In this document: in pieces, positions 47,362 through 55,953 of the stretch
Position numbering within the stretch: position 1 is the first letter of the stretch
How the letters are laid out: each line of letters begins with the position of its first letter
Source of the DNA: Candidatus Omnitrophota bacterium
Lineage (GTDB): Bacteria > Ratteibacteria > UBA8468 > MWAK01
Length of the DNA stretch: 55,953 nt
Reading direction: 5' to 3'
Assembly (NCBI GenBank): GCA_043826355.1
Contig: JBDRQI010000014.1
Span: 1-55,953, forward strand
Program-made: the position numbers and the translations under genes
Notes under the pieces: model-generated
Told to the model about the DNA's origin: nothing
Databases searched by the model: none
The model's input: only the letters and a program-made list of their open reading frames with translations

Positions 47362-48465
47362 CTATTTTTCGCAGAGTTTTCTTATCAGGTTTCGGAAATA
47401 GAGATAATTATCCAGCGAGATGTCCGGCGGAACAGCATGGTCACACTCGGCGACAAACCCGCCGCCGGTATCAAGCAGTTCTCTGATTTTTGGAATTACT
47501 TCCGCGTCAATGGCGGCCGGGTCTCTGGCCAGCGCGCGTTTGTCTATGCCTCCGAAAAATGCCACATTCCGGCCGTATTTACGGCGGGCAGTCCGTACAT
47601 CCATTCCGGCGGCAACTTCCATCGGATGCATAACGTTAATGCCGGCGTCAAGCCAAATAGGCATGAGCTCGTCTATGTTGCCGTCTGAATCCAGCATTAC
47701 AACCTTGACACCGTTCTTCCGAGCCAGCTCAACCAGGACCTTATAGAAGGAAAGACAGTATTTCCGGTATTTCTCCGGCGAGAGAAGCGACCCGGTCTTG
47801 TACGCCATGTCTTCCCAAAACACAACGGCGTCAAGCTGTATGCCGGCTTCAAAAATTTTCTTGGCCAGCGTCGCGTAGAAATAGGTAAGGTATTCCATCA
47901 TCTCTGCTACCAATCCCGGGTCATCGTAAAAAATATAACTTGCATTCTCAACGCCCATCCAGTCACGGATATAACCGTAGGTGCCGCCGAACCAGGCACA
48001 GAGAGGCGTACTTCGTGTTAGAGAAGACTTACCTATTTCCGGAAGGTTGGCGGGAAGCCTGCCCGGTGTTTCCGGGTCCAGACGCTTTTTGTACTCGGCC
48101 CACGTTTTTCTGTCCGTCACCGGATAGGAAATGAATTGAGGCATGGCCGGAGGCGGAGCGTTTTTCAGTACTTTTGCCGTCACCCCGTTCCCGCCTTTCG
48201 TGATAGTATAGACATCTGTTTCTTCAACGACAAAGGATTCAAAATACGGGATGACACCGTTGTTGATGGAGAGCTGTTGACCACCCCAGATGTCTATATG
48301 GTCCATGCCGAAATAGTTGAAAAGTTCTTCTCGGCTCAGGTCCTTCGGGAGGCCCTCCTTTTCCCATCGTTTCTGCGTCTCTTCATAGTATAAATAATCT
48401 CCGTAACTTGGCCGGTCAGGGCAGGAGCAGGTTAGCGTTCTGACAAATCGTTCCCGTTCAGTCAT
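47362..48465 (-). CDS. Uroporphyrinogen-decarboxylase / MtaA-CmuA family protein
   Basis: MTERERF, WEDMAYKTGSLLSP, DSDG, GGIDKR, DHAVPPDIS; paralogue of 38132-39235. Confidence 0.88.
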   Translation of the reverse strand: MTERERFVRTLTCSCPDRPSYGDYLYYEETQKRWEKEGLPKDLSREELFNYFGMDHIDIWGGQQLSINNGVIPYFESFVVEETDVYTITKGGNGVTAKVLKNAPPPAMPQFISYPVTDRKTWAEYKKRLDPETPGRLPANLPEIGKSSLTRSTPLCAWFGGTYGYIRDWMGVENASYIFYDDPGLVAEMMEYLTYFYATLAKKIFEAGIQLDAVVFWEDMAYKTGSLLSPEKYRKYCLSFYKVLVELARKNGVKVVMLDSDGNIDELMPIWLDAGINVMHPMEVAAGMDVRTARRKYGRNVAFFGGIDKRALARDPAAIDAEVIPKIRELLDTGGGFVAECDHAVPPDISLDNYLYFRNLIRKLCEK

Positions 48466-48522
48466 AAATTGTTCTCCCAGTGAATCGTTGTCCGTTGCCG
48501 CACCCGGGAAAAAAGTATCCGC

Positions 48523-48927
48523 CTAAACCTGTTTCTGGATTGGCCGCCCTCTTTCCGAGAAATGGACATCCCGGTAATAATTTAAAAGGGTTTGCCCGAG
48601 CAGAATCCTGGTCTTCAGCGCTTCTAACAATCCGGCGACCCGGTCGCGCAGGAAACGCTCGGACGCCACCCGGGAAGTAAGCAGTTTTTCCCGTTCCATC
48701 TCGGTGAGTTTCTCCTTGGAGGGCATCCTGGCGTTTTCCGCCAGGTCAAGGTAGGTTTCGGAAAGAGCCATAATGGTTTGCAGCCGCGCGTACCAGACCT
48801 CTGCCTTGCGCAGGTCTCCGACCAGGCCTTCCGGTTCCTCCGACAGTTGTCGTCGGAACATCATCTCCACGGAGTCAATCTCCGGTTTGACCTTTTTTCT
48901 GAAAAGCCCGAAGGCGTCTTTCTCCAC
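48523..48927 (-). CDS. Hypothetical helical protein
   Basis: 134-aa ORF with charged amphipathic helices; GTG start 4 nt from a repeat element, no clear RBS. Confidence 0.65.
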   Translation of the reverse strand: MEKDAFGLFRKKVKPEIDSVEMMFRRQLSEEPEGLVGDLRKAEVWYARLQTIMALSETYLDLAENARMPSKEKLTEMEREKLLTSRVASERFLRDRVAGLLEALKTRILLGQTLLNYYRDVHFSERGRPIQKQV

Positions 48928-48931
48928 GTAT

Positions 48932-49208
48932 GGGGGTTGTTAAATAATAAAATGAATTATTTGGAGTCCCGGATTTAAGGTCAATGCCAGGCGCAACGAA
49001 GGAGGTGTGCCCTCTGCGGCACATCGCCGAGGAGCAACGCCGCAATGACCCAAAGACGGGACTCCCCACCAAAGGGCCAGATGCTTTTGGGCTGCGACTT
49101 CGTTGCTCATTGTTTGAGTAGTGCAGTGACTACTCAAACTTCTTCGCTCCTTGTCTCGCTCCAAAATCATCTCTGGCAAATAATTTATTTTGTTGTTTAG
49201 CAACCCCC
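48932..49208. mobile_element. MITE-like fold-back element
   Basis: 32-bp terminal inverted repeats (GGGGGTTGYTAAAYAAYAAAATRAATTATTTG, 4 mismatches); two inverted internal units, each with a hairpin followed by GAGCAACG; no transposase. Confidence 0.75.
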
Positions 49209-49220
49209 CCGTGATATAAT
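49193..49220 (+). promoter_or_regulatory. Putative htpX promoter
   Basis: TGnTATAAT (49212-49220); possible -35 TTGTTT (49193-49198) inside the element end. Confidence 0.55.
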
Positions 49221-49260
49221 ATCTTAAAATACCGTTTAAATTCAAGAGGAGGCAAAACAG

Positions 49261-50106
49261 ATGGGCAATCAATTGAAAACAATTCTTTTGTTAGGTGTTC
49301 TGACCGCAATCCTGGTCTGGGTCGGCGGCATCTGGGGCAGGGGCACAGCGGTCATTGCGCTTGTCGTCGCTCTGGCGCTCAACTTTTTCGCTTACTGGTT
49401 CAGCGACAAAATGGTGCTGGCGATGTATCGCGCCAGAGAAGTTTCGCCGGACGAGGCGCCGGTCCTTTACCGGAGCGTGAAAGACCTGGCAATGCTGGGC
49501 AACCTTCCGATGCCTAAGGTTTATATCTATCAGTCCGACAACCCCAACGCCTTCGCGACCGGCCGGGACCCGAAACACGCCGCGGTTGCCGTCTCCACCG
49601 GAATCCTGGACCTTCTGAACGAGCAGGAACTCAGGGGTGTTTTGGCTCACGAACTTTCGCATATTAAGGGTCGGGATATCCTCATCGCCACCTGTGCGGC
49701 CACGTTGGCCGCGGCCATTACCTTTCTGGCCCGGATGGTTCAGTGGGCCGCCATCTTCGGCGGCGGCCGGAACCGGCAGGGGAACGCGCTTTCCCTGGCC
49801 GGAACGCTGCTGATGGTAATTCTGGCGCCGATCGCCGCTCTTCTGGTTCAGATGGCGGTGAGCCGCAGCCGGGAGTACCTGTCTGACGCCGGAGGCGCAA
49901 AACTTTCCGGCAACCCTATTTTTTTAGCCAACGCCCTGCGCAAACTGGAGACAGCGGGAAAACGCCGGCCGATGCTTAACGTCAACCCGGCAACCAGCCA
50001 TCTCTTTATCGTAAAGCCGTTTTCCGGCCGCGGCCTCCTTTCGCTCTTTTCCACCCACCCGCCGGTTGAAGAGCGAATTGCCCGGCTGGAAAAGATGATG
50101 GTGTAG
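49261..50106 (+). CDS. htpX: Zinc metalloprotease HtpX
   Basis: PNAFATGR, HELSH, SRSREY..D, FSTHPP. Confidence 0.96.
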   Translation: MGNQLKTILLLGVLTAILVWVGGIWGRGTAVIALVVALALNFFAYWFSDKMVLAMYRAREVSPDEAPVLYRSVKDLAMLGNLPMPKVYIYQSDNPNAFATGRDPKHAAVAVSTGILDLLNEQELRGVLAHELSHIKGRDILIATCAATLAAAITFLARMVQWAAIFGGGRNRQGNALSLAGTLLMVILAPIAALLVQMAVSRSREYLSDAGGAKLSGNPIFLANALRKLETAGKRRPMLNVNPATSHLFIVKPFSGRGLLSLFSTHPPVEERIARLEKMMV

Positions 50107-50274
50107 ACCCGGGTGAGTTCTCCCCGGCTTCAAACAGTGCTCCGCCAGAAACAGCGGTAAGGGCTTCCCTTAAGGGGAACCCTCCAAGATAAGCGCTTGG
50201 TTTCCCTCTTTTGGGAATCCCAACCGCTGTCTTTCTGTCTTCCGCACAACTTGCCGGGGAGAACTCACCCGGGT
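50107..50274. ncRNA. 168-nt rod-shaped element: 6S-RNA-like ncRNA or MITE
   Basis: Perfect 22-bp closing stem, an internal bubble of about 17/15 nt, then a long irregular stem to a 7-nt loop; strand unknown. Confidence 0.45.
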
Positions 50275-50304
50275 TGGATAAAGAAAGAACAAAAAATTGA
50301 AATT

Positions 50305-53076
50305 ATGGATTACAGAAAAACCGTAAACCTGCCCAAAACCGATTTTCCGATGCGCGCCAACCTGGTTCAGCGCGAACCGGAAACCTTGAAGTTCTGGGAG
50401 AATAAAGATATTTTTCGGAAGATGGCCGAGTTGAACGTCCAGGGCCCGCGCTTTATACTGCATGACGGCCCGCCCTACGCCAACGGACACATCCACCTGG
50501 GCACCGCCTTCAACAAAATTCTTAAGGACATCGCGGTGCGCAGTCAACTGAGGGGGGGCAAACAGACGCCGTTCCGGCCCGGCTGGGACTGTCACGGCAT
50601 GCCGATTGAGCACCAGGTTCTGCAAAAGACCGGCCGCAAAAAAGCCGAGGTGGACCCGGTTTCTTTTCGGAAAGAGGCCGCGGAATACGCGAAGAAGTTT
50701 GTGGAAATTCAAAAGAAAGAGTTTCAGCGCCTGGGCGCTTACGGAGATTGGAACAATCCGTACCTGACCCTGTTGCCGGAATACGAGGCGCAGGAAGTAA
50801 GAATATTTGCCGACCTGGCTCTTTCCGGATATATCTACCGGGGTAAACGGCCTATCTATTGGTGTACTCACTGCGAAACCGCGTTGGCCGAGGCCGAAAT
50901 TGAATATAAGGATTTAAGCACAGATTCTATCTATACCTTATTCCCGGTGGCTGAGGACCCGCAGGGAATTTTGTCCGGTGCAGAAAACATTTTTTTTCTA
51001 GTCTGGACAACCACGCCCTGGACGCTTCCGGCAAACGTCGCTCTTCTGGTTCACCCCAACCTCAATTACAGCCTGGTGGAATTTGAAGGCCGTAATATAA
51101 TCCTGGCGGAAAACCTCGTTCCGGTTGTTTTTGATAAGACCGGCAAAAAGGCGGTAAAACGGGGAGCGAACCTGAAAGGCGAGGTGTTGACCACCCTTCT
51201 GGCGAAACACCCGTTTCTGGAACGCAAGGCGCCGGTTATCGCCGCAGACTTTGTTTCCGCAGAAGACGGTTCCGGAGTTGTCCACAGCGCGCCTGGTCAC
51301 GGCGAGGAGGATTTTTTGGTGGGGAAGGAACACAATCTGCCGGTGCTTTCCCCGGTTAACGAAACCGGCCGTTTTACCGACGAAGTCCCGGAGTGGGCGG
51401 GCCTTTCGGTCTGGGACGCTAACCCTCTGATTATTCAGAAACTGCGCAACAATAACCTCCTTCTTTTTTCGGAAGAAATAAGCCACAGTTACCCGACCTG
51501 CTGGCGCTGTAAAAACCCGGTCATCTTTCGCGCCACCGAACAGTGGTTTCTTAACGTAGAGCATAAAAACCTGCGCCAAAGAATGATAAAATCAACAGAA
51601 GAGACCAGGTTTCTGCCTCCGGAGAGTCAGCGGCGGATGGCCGGCATGCTTGAGACCCGGCCGGACTGGTGCCTCTCCCGGCAGCGGCACTGGGGTGTTC
51701 CGGTTCCGATTGTCCGGTGTCATGATTGCGAAAAACCGTTGCTGGAAAGGAAAGTTTTTGACCGGATTGCCGAGGTCTTCAGTCGGGAAGGGTCTGACTC
51801 CTGGTTTAAAAAGGAAGCAAAATATTTTGTGCCGGAAGGCGTGGCTTGCGCCTGCGGCGGCAACCGGTTTGAAAAGGAAAGAGATATTATTGACGTCTGG
51901 TTTGATTCCGGCGTCTCCTGGGCCGGTGTCTTGGAAGGAGCCGGCTGTTACCCGGCCGACCTTTATCTGGAAGGCAGCGACCAGCACCGGGGGTGGTTTC
52001 AGACCAGCCTGATTACTTCTATGGCAACCAGGGAGAGGGCGCCTTTTCGTCAGGTCCTTACCCACGGTTTTATGGTTGATGAATTCGGCCGGAAGATGAG
52101 CAAGTCCCTGGGCAACGTGGTTACCTCGGAAGAGGTTTTAAAGGAGTTCGGCGCGGATATCATCCGGCTCTGGACCGCCAGCCAGGACTACGGTTCCGAT
52201 GTTAAAACCAGCCTGCACGGCTTCAAGATTGTGGCCGAGCAGTACCGGACCATCCGGAACACGCTTCGTTTTATCTTGGGCAACCTTTCTGGTTTTGACC
52301 CCGGCACGCAAGCAGTTGCAAGGGAAAATTTGCTGCCGGTTGACCGGTGGGTTCTTGCCGAGATAAGCCGGTTTCAGGAAGAGGCGTTTGCCGGATACCA
52401 AAACTTTTCTTTTTATCGGGTGGCCGGGCAGGTTTACGAGTTCTGCAACCAGACCCTTTCCGCTTTCTACCTCGATATCCTGAAAGATCGGCTCTATACC
52501 TATTCCCAAAATTCTACGGAGCGCCGCAGCGGCCAGACCGCCCTTTACCACGCCGGCCGGCTGCTGATAGACCTGCTGGCGCCAATTTTAGTCTTTACCG
52601 CGGAAGAGGCCTGGCAATGCCTGCCCAAAAAGGCCGGAGACCCGGAAAGCATCCATCTTCACCTGCGCGAGGACTTCCGGGAGTTTAAGGACGAAGCACT
52701 CACTACCGCCTACGGCGAATTCTTCGGCTTGCGCAAAGAAGTTCTGAAAACCATAGAAGACGTACGCGCCAAGGGCACAATCGGAAGCAGTTTAGAAGCA
52801 AAGGTTGAAATTAAAGTTAACCCGGAGCTTTTAGTTAAACTTTCACCGTTGGCGCTGTCAAAATATCTGAAGGAATTACTGATCGTTTCCGAGGCGGAGA
52901 TTTCAGCAAGAACAGAAGGTTTTGAACCAGAGATAACGGTTAGCCGCACCAGCCTGCCTAAATGCCCGCGCTGTTGGGTGCATAGCGGAGAAATTGGCCA
53001 GAGTTCCGAGTATCCGGACCTTTGTCCGAAGTGCGTGGACGCGGTAACCGTTCCTATAACCGGAGGTGTGTCATGA
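50305..53076 (+). CDS. ileS: Isoleucine-tRNA ligase (bacterial type 1)
   Basis: DGPPYANGHIHLG, GWDCHG, WTTTPWT, EGSDQHRGWF, KMSKS, C-terminal CPRCW zinc motif. Confidence 0.98.
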   Translation: MDYRKTVNLPKTDFPMRANLVQREPETLKFWENKDIFRKMAELNVQGPRFILHDGPPYANGHIHLGTAFNKILKDIAVRSQLRGGKQTPFRPGWDCHGMPIEHQVLQKTGRKKAEVDPVSFRKEAAEYAKKFVEIQKKEFQRLGAYGDWNNPYLTLLPEYEAQEVRIFADLALSGYIYRGKRPIYWCTHCETALAEAEIEYKDLSTDSIYTLFPVAEDPQGILSGAENIFFLVWTTTPWTLPANVALLVHPNLNYSLVEFEGRNIILAENLVPVVFDKTGKKAVKRGANLKGEVLTTLLAKHPFLERKAPVIAADFVSAEDGSGVVHSAPGHGEEDFLVGKEHNLPVLSPVNETGRFTDEVPEWAGLSVWDANPLIIQKLRNNNLLLFSEEISHSYPTCWRCKNPVIFRATEQWFLNVEHKNLRQRMIKSTEETRFLPPESQRRMAGMLETRPDWCLSRQRHWGVPVPIVRCHDCEKPLLERKVFDRIAEVFSREGSDSWFKKEAKYFVPEGVACACGGNRFEKERDIIDVWFDSGVSWAGVLEGAGCYPADLYLEGSDQHRGWFQTSLITSMATRERAPFRQVLTHGFMVDEFGRKMSKSLGNVVTSEEVLKEFGADIIRLWTASQDYGSDVKTSLHGFKIVAEQYRTIRNTLRFILGNLSGFDPGTQAVARENLLPVDRWVLAEISRFQEEAFAGYQNFSFYRVAGQVYEFCNQTLSAFYLDILKDRLYTYSQNSTERRSGQTALYHAGRLLIDLLAPILVFTAEEAWQCLPKKAGDPESIHLHLREDFREFKDEALTTAYGEFFGLRKEVLKTIEDVRAKGTIGSSLEAKVEIKVNPELLVKLSPLALSKYLKELLIVSEAEISARTEGFEPEITVSRTSLPKCPRCWVHSGEIGQSSEYPDLCPKCVDAVTVPITGGVS

Positions 53077-54395
53077 AAGAAACGGAAAAGATATTGAAGC
53101 AGGCGACGGAAGAGAATATCAAGTTCATCAACCTCTGGTTTGTAGATATCCTGGGACAGTTGAAATCGGTCACCATCCGGGACCGGGAATTGGAAAAAGC
53201 GCTTGAAGAAGGCATCGGCTTTGACGGCTCCTCGGTTGAGGGCTTCGCCCGTATTTACGAAAGCGACCTCCTTTTGAAACCGGAGCCGGCGACCTTCCGC
53301 ATCCTGCCCTGGTGTTCCCGGCCGGACGAAAAAGTGGCCGCAGTTTTTTGCGACATCATAACCCCGGAGGGAAAGGGTTATGCGGGCGACGGCCGCCTGG
53401 CTTTAAAAAAGCTGATGGACCGGGCCAAAAAACAGGGTTTCGAATTTAAGGTCGGCCCGGAACTGGAATATTTCTATTTTAAAGGGTGCGGCACGGAAGT
53501 GATTGACCAGGGCGGTTACTTTGACTTCGCCCCGCAGGATCTGGCTTCGGAACTGCGGCAGGAGACCGTCCGTCTGGCCGAGGATATGGGTATTGCGATT
53601 GACTATGGCCACCACGAAGTGGCGCCCGGCCAGTCGGAACTTGACCTCCGCTACGGCAACGCTTTGACTATCGCCGACGACCTGCTGACGGCCAAGGTCA
53701 TTACCAAAGAAGTGGCCCGGAAATACGGCTTAAGCGCTTCTTTCATGCCCAAGCCCATCTTCGGTGAAAACGGGAGCGGCATGCACGTCCATATGTCCCT
53801 TTTTAAAGGCAAAGACAACGCTTTTTTCGATTCCGGGGACCCGTCTTTCCTTTCCGGCACCGCCCGGCAATTTGCCGCCGGAATCCTGGCCCACTGCCGC
53901 GAAATCACCGCCATCTGCAACCAGTGGGTTAATTCCTACAAACGGCTGGTGCCCGGATACGAAGCGCCGGTCTATATCGCCTGGGCGAGCCACAACCGCA
54001 GCAGTTTGCTGCGCATCCCGGCCTTCAAGCACGGTAAGCCGTCTGCGGCACGCGTGGAATTCCGCAGCCCGGACCCGGCCTGCAACCCCTACCTTGCTTT
54101 CGGCGTCATCCTGGCCGCCGGGCTGGAAGGGATTGAAAAAAAGATGTCCCTGCCGGAACCGGTGGAAGAAAACATCTATCATATGGACGACCCGGAAAGA
54201 AAACGGCGGAACATTCCCAGTTTACCCGGCAGTTTGATTGAGGCCATCATGCTGGCCGAGAAGAGCACTCTGGTACGCAAAGCCCTGGGCGAACACATCT
54301 TTGAACAGTTTATCGCCAACAAAAAGATAGAGTGGGACCGCTACCGCACCCAGGTGACCGATTACGAGATTAAGACCTATCTCCCGCTCCTTTAG
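53073..54395 (+). CDS. glnA: Glutamine synthetase type I
   Basis: FDGSS, HHEVAPGQ, NGSGMH, SYKRLVPGYEAP, EFRSPD. Confidence 0.97.
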   Translation: MKETEKILKQATEENIKFINLWFVDILGQLKSVTIRDRELEKALEEGIGFDGSSVEGFARIYESDLLLKPEPATFRILPWCSRPDEKVAAVFCDIITPEGKGYAGDGRLALKKLMDRAKKQGFEFKVGPELEYFYFKGCGTEVIDQGGYFDFAPQDLASELRQETVRLAEDMGIAIDYGHHEVAPGQSELDLRYGNALTIADDLLTAKVITKEVARKYGLSASFMPKPIFGENGSGMHVHMSLFKGKDNAFFDSGDPSFLSGTARQFAAGILAHCREITAICNQWVNSYKRLVPGYEAPVYIAWASHNRSSLLRIPAFKHGKPSAARVEFRSPDPACNPYLAFGVILAAGLEGIEKKMSLPEPVEENIYHMDDPERKRRNIPSLPGSLIEAIMLAEKSTLVRKALGEHIFEQFIANKKIEWDRYRTQVTDYEIKTYLPLL

Positions 54396-54396
54396 T

Positions 54397-54924
54397 ATGC
54401 ACTGGTTAATTGACGGATACAACCTAATCCGGCAGGTTGATTTTCTGCAGGCGGAAGAACATAAAGGGCTGGCGTACGGTCGAGAAGCGCTCCTGAAGTT
54501 TCTGGCGGAGTTCTCCCGGCGCCGGATAAAAGGCAAAAGCCGGATTACGGTTGTCTTTGACGGCCCCAAAATAGAACCAATTCCGGCACGTTTCAGGATG
54601 GAATCCGACAATTCTTCCTCGTCTTTTCCACCCGCCCCGGCCGGAATAAAGACGGTTTTTTCCCGCGGCACAACAGCCGACCAGATTATCGAAGAACTGA
54701 TTACGGAGAGCAGTAATCCGGCGGACATCACCGTGGTTAGCGCCGACGGAGAGGTTAAGCGTTTTGCCAGAAGACACCGTTGCGCAACGCTTGACCCGGC
54801 CGGATTCCTCGAGAAGATTTTTGCCCCGGATAAAACCCCAAAAACTAAACACTCGCTGCACCCGGACCGCCGAAATCAGATAGAATCCGAACTGCGCAAA
54901 CACTGGATAAAGGAGAAGATTTAA
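54397..54924 (+). CDS. NYN-domain RNase (YacP/Rae1-like)
   Basis: IDGYNL, VVFDG, TADQII, VVSAD. Confidence 0.88.
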   Translation: MHWLIDGYNLIRQVDFLQAEEHKGLAYGREALLKFLAEFSRRRIKGKSRITVVFDGPKIEPIPARFRMESDNSSSSFPPAPAGIKTVFSRGTTADQIIEELITESSNPADITVVSADGEVKRFARRHRCATLDPAGFLEKIFAPDKTPKTKHSLHPDRRNQIESELRKHWIKEKI

Positions 54925-54983
54925 CTGTTTGTTAGACACAGAAAAGCGCACCGAAACTGCTGACGCATGTCTCGCCAGGCTAA

Positions 54984-55953
54984 TTACCCGGCTAACGGAG
55001 ATTCCTTTTTCAGCTTAAGAATATGATTAATCATCTCCAGCCGGATGGTATCCAGGTCACGATTTACGTCCAATTCCGAAAGCCATTTTTCGGCTGATAG
55101 AGCCGCTTCTTTTATCCTGGCATCGGCTGATTTCTTTGCTTCCGCTATCTCCAGTTTTAAAGTAGTGGCGTACCTGATATCATCAACCGCTTCCCGGTAG
55201 CCTTCCCACTGGATGGTGTCTATCACTCCGTTTACGGTGGAATACGCCATCATAAAATCCCGCTGCACCGGATTGTCAAGGTCATTCCAGGAATTATCGG
55301 CGTTGGCCTGGTAGGAGAAGGTTGCCGCCCCGTCATAGTTGGCCTTCCAGAGAAGCAGGCCGAAGTTCCTGCGGTAGATTTCCGGGTTTTCCACCCCGCC
55401 CTGAGGATTGTAATACTGCCAGATTTTGTGTCCGACCGAATGCCACTTTGCCGCCTCCTCCGGAAGCGGAGGACGATCTCCGCCGTGACAAACAAGCAAA
55501 TCCTGGATATCGCCCATCAGTTCAAAATTACTGTCTGCGTAACCGGCAACGAAAATCTTGCCCCCGGCTTTACGGGTCGCTTCCCAGGCCGGCCTCTGCG
55601 ATGTTAAAGCGTCCCCTCTCGCTTCATCCTGACCATAGAAATAGACCTCGGGTATCCCGTAGGATTGAGCAATTTCTATGGTCTTCTTGATATCAGCCGG
55701 ATTGCTGGAAGCAGTTATTGCCCCCGGGCACCAGGTTAAAAGGTACAGGGGCTGCCCGCCCATGCCCGTCTCCTGCCTCATATCCAGATATTCCCGGAAG
55801 AGCGCTTCACCAAAGCCCTGGTTGCACTGCGGGTTGGTCACCCCGTGGCTAAACAGGTTGTTCAATTCTGCCCGCAACTGTTCTTTACTCTTGGTGTAAG
55901 CCGAGAGGCTTCCCTCCGGCAGGGCAGGATTCATATAGCTGTGGTAGTAGATG
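54984..55953 (-). CDS. Hypothetical protein, 5'-truncated, glycoside-hydrolase-like C-terminus (DUF4091/GH123-like)
   Basis: Frame stays open to the window edge; YGQDEA and WEGYREAVDDIRY motifs. Confidence 0.65.
   Translation of the reverse strand, partial: IYYHSYMNPALPEGSLSAYTKSKEQLRAELNNLFSHGVTNPQCNQGFGEALFREYLDMRQETGMGGQPLYLLTWCPGAITASSNPADIKKTIEIAQSYGIPEVYFYGQDEARGDALTSQRPAWEATRKAGGKIFVAGYADSNFELMGDIQDLLVCHGGDRPPLPEEAAKWHSVGHKIWQYYNPQGGVENPEIYRRNFGLLLWKANYDGAATFSYQANADNSWNDLDNPVQRDFMMAYSTVNGVIDTIQWEGYREAVDDIRYATTLKLEIAEAKKSADARIKEAALSAEKWLSELDVNRDLDTIRLEMINHILKLKKESPLAG

Noticed and set aside
36513..48931. Catabolic block as an island integrated at tRNA-Phe
   Set aside because: It lies on the 5' side of an intact tRNA, with no integrase, no duplicated tRNA fragment and no obvious composition shift.
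48875..49272. ORFs 48940..49272 and 48875..49072
   Set aside because: Translations of the fold-back element; the repeated GLLNNK.NYL peptide comes from its terminal repeats.
50107..50304. T-box leader or SRP RNA upstream of ileS
   Set aside because: No GGTGG.ACC T-box sequence, no terminator U-tract and no SRP helix-8 motif.

Overview
Bacterial chromosomal window from a diderm (BamA, Skp, LpxD, fused LpxC-FabZ). The paralogous UroD-family genes and gene content suggest a PVC-related candidate lineage, but this is inference only. Four zones. (1) 1-7764: the AT-richer end of an integrative island attached to a broken tRNA-Thr(TGT). It carries a complete IS21 element (1-2638), a gene cut by that IS, and a four-gene operon vsr - m5C methyltransferase - ParB/Srx-domain protein - prephenate-dehydratase-like fusion, with no recognisable restriction endonuclease. 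This is the best candidate for an undescribed defence-type system. (2) 7848-36512: housekeeping backbone (aroD, accCB, efp, pheS, nadD, proA, bamA-skp-lpxD-lpxC/fabZ, aminotransferases, lipA, accD, dapA, dciA-dnaN-oriC-dnaA, secA, tatD, tRNA-Phe). (3) 36942-48465: catabolic block, M24-UroD-PTE followed by an RpiR-regulated operon of RuBisCO-like protein, FGGY kinase, sugar isomerase and TPP E1 alpha/beta, a candidate novel sugar pathway. (4) 48523-55953: fold-back MITE, htpX, a 168-nt rod-shaped element (6S-RNA-like or MITE), ileS, glnA, NYN RNase and a truncated hypothetical gene. Intergenic spaces hold several families of small palindromic repeats. All protein calls are by motif recognition; no database searches were run.
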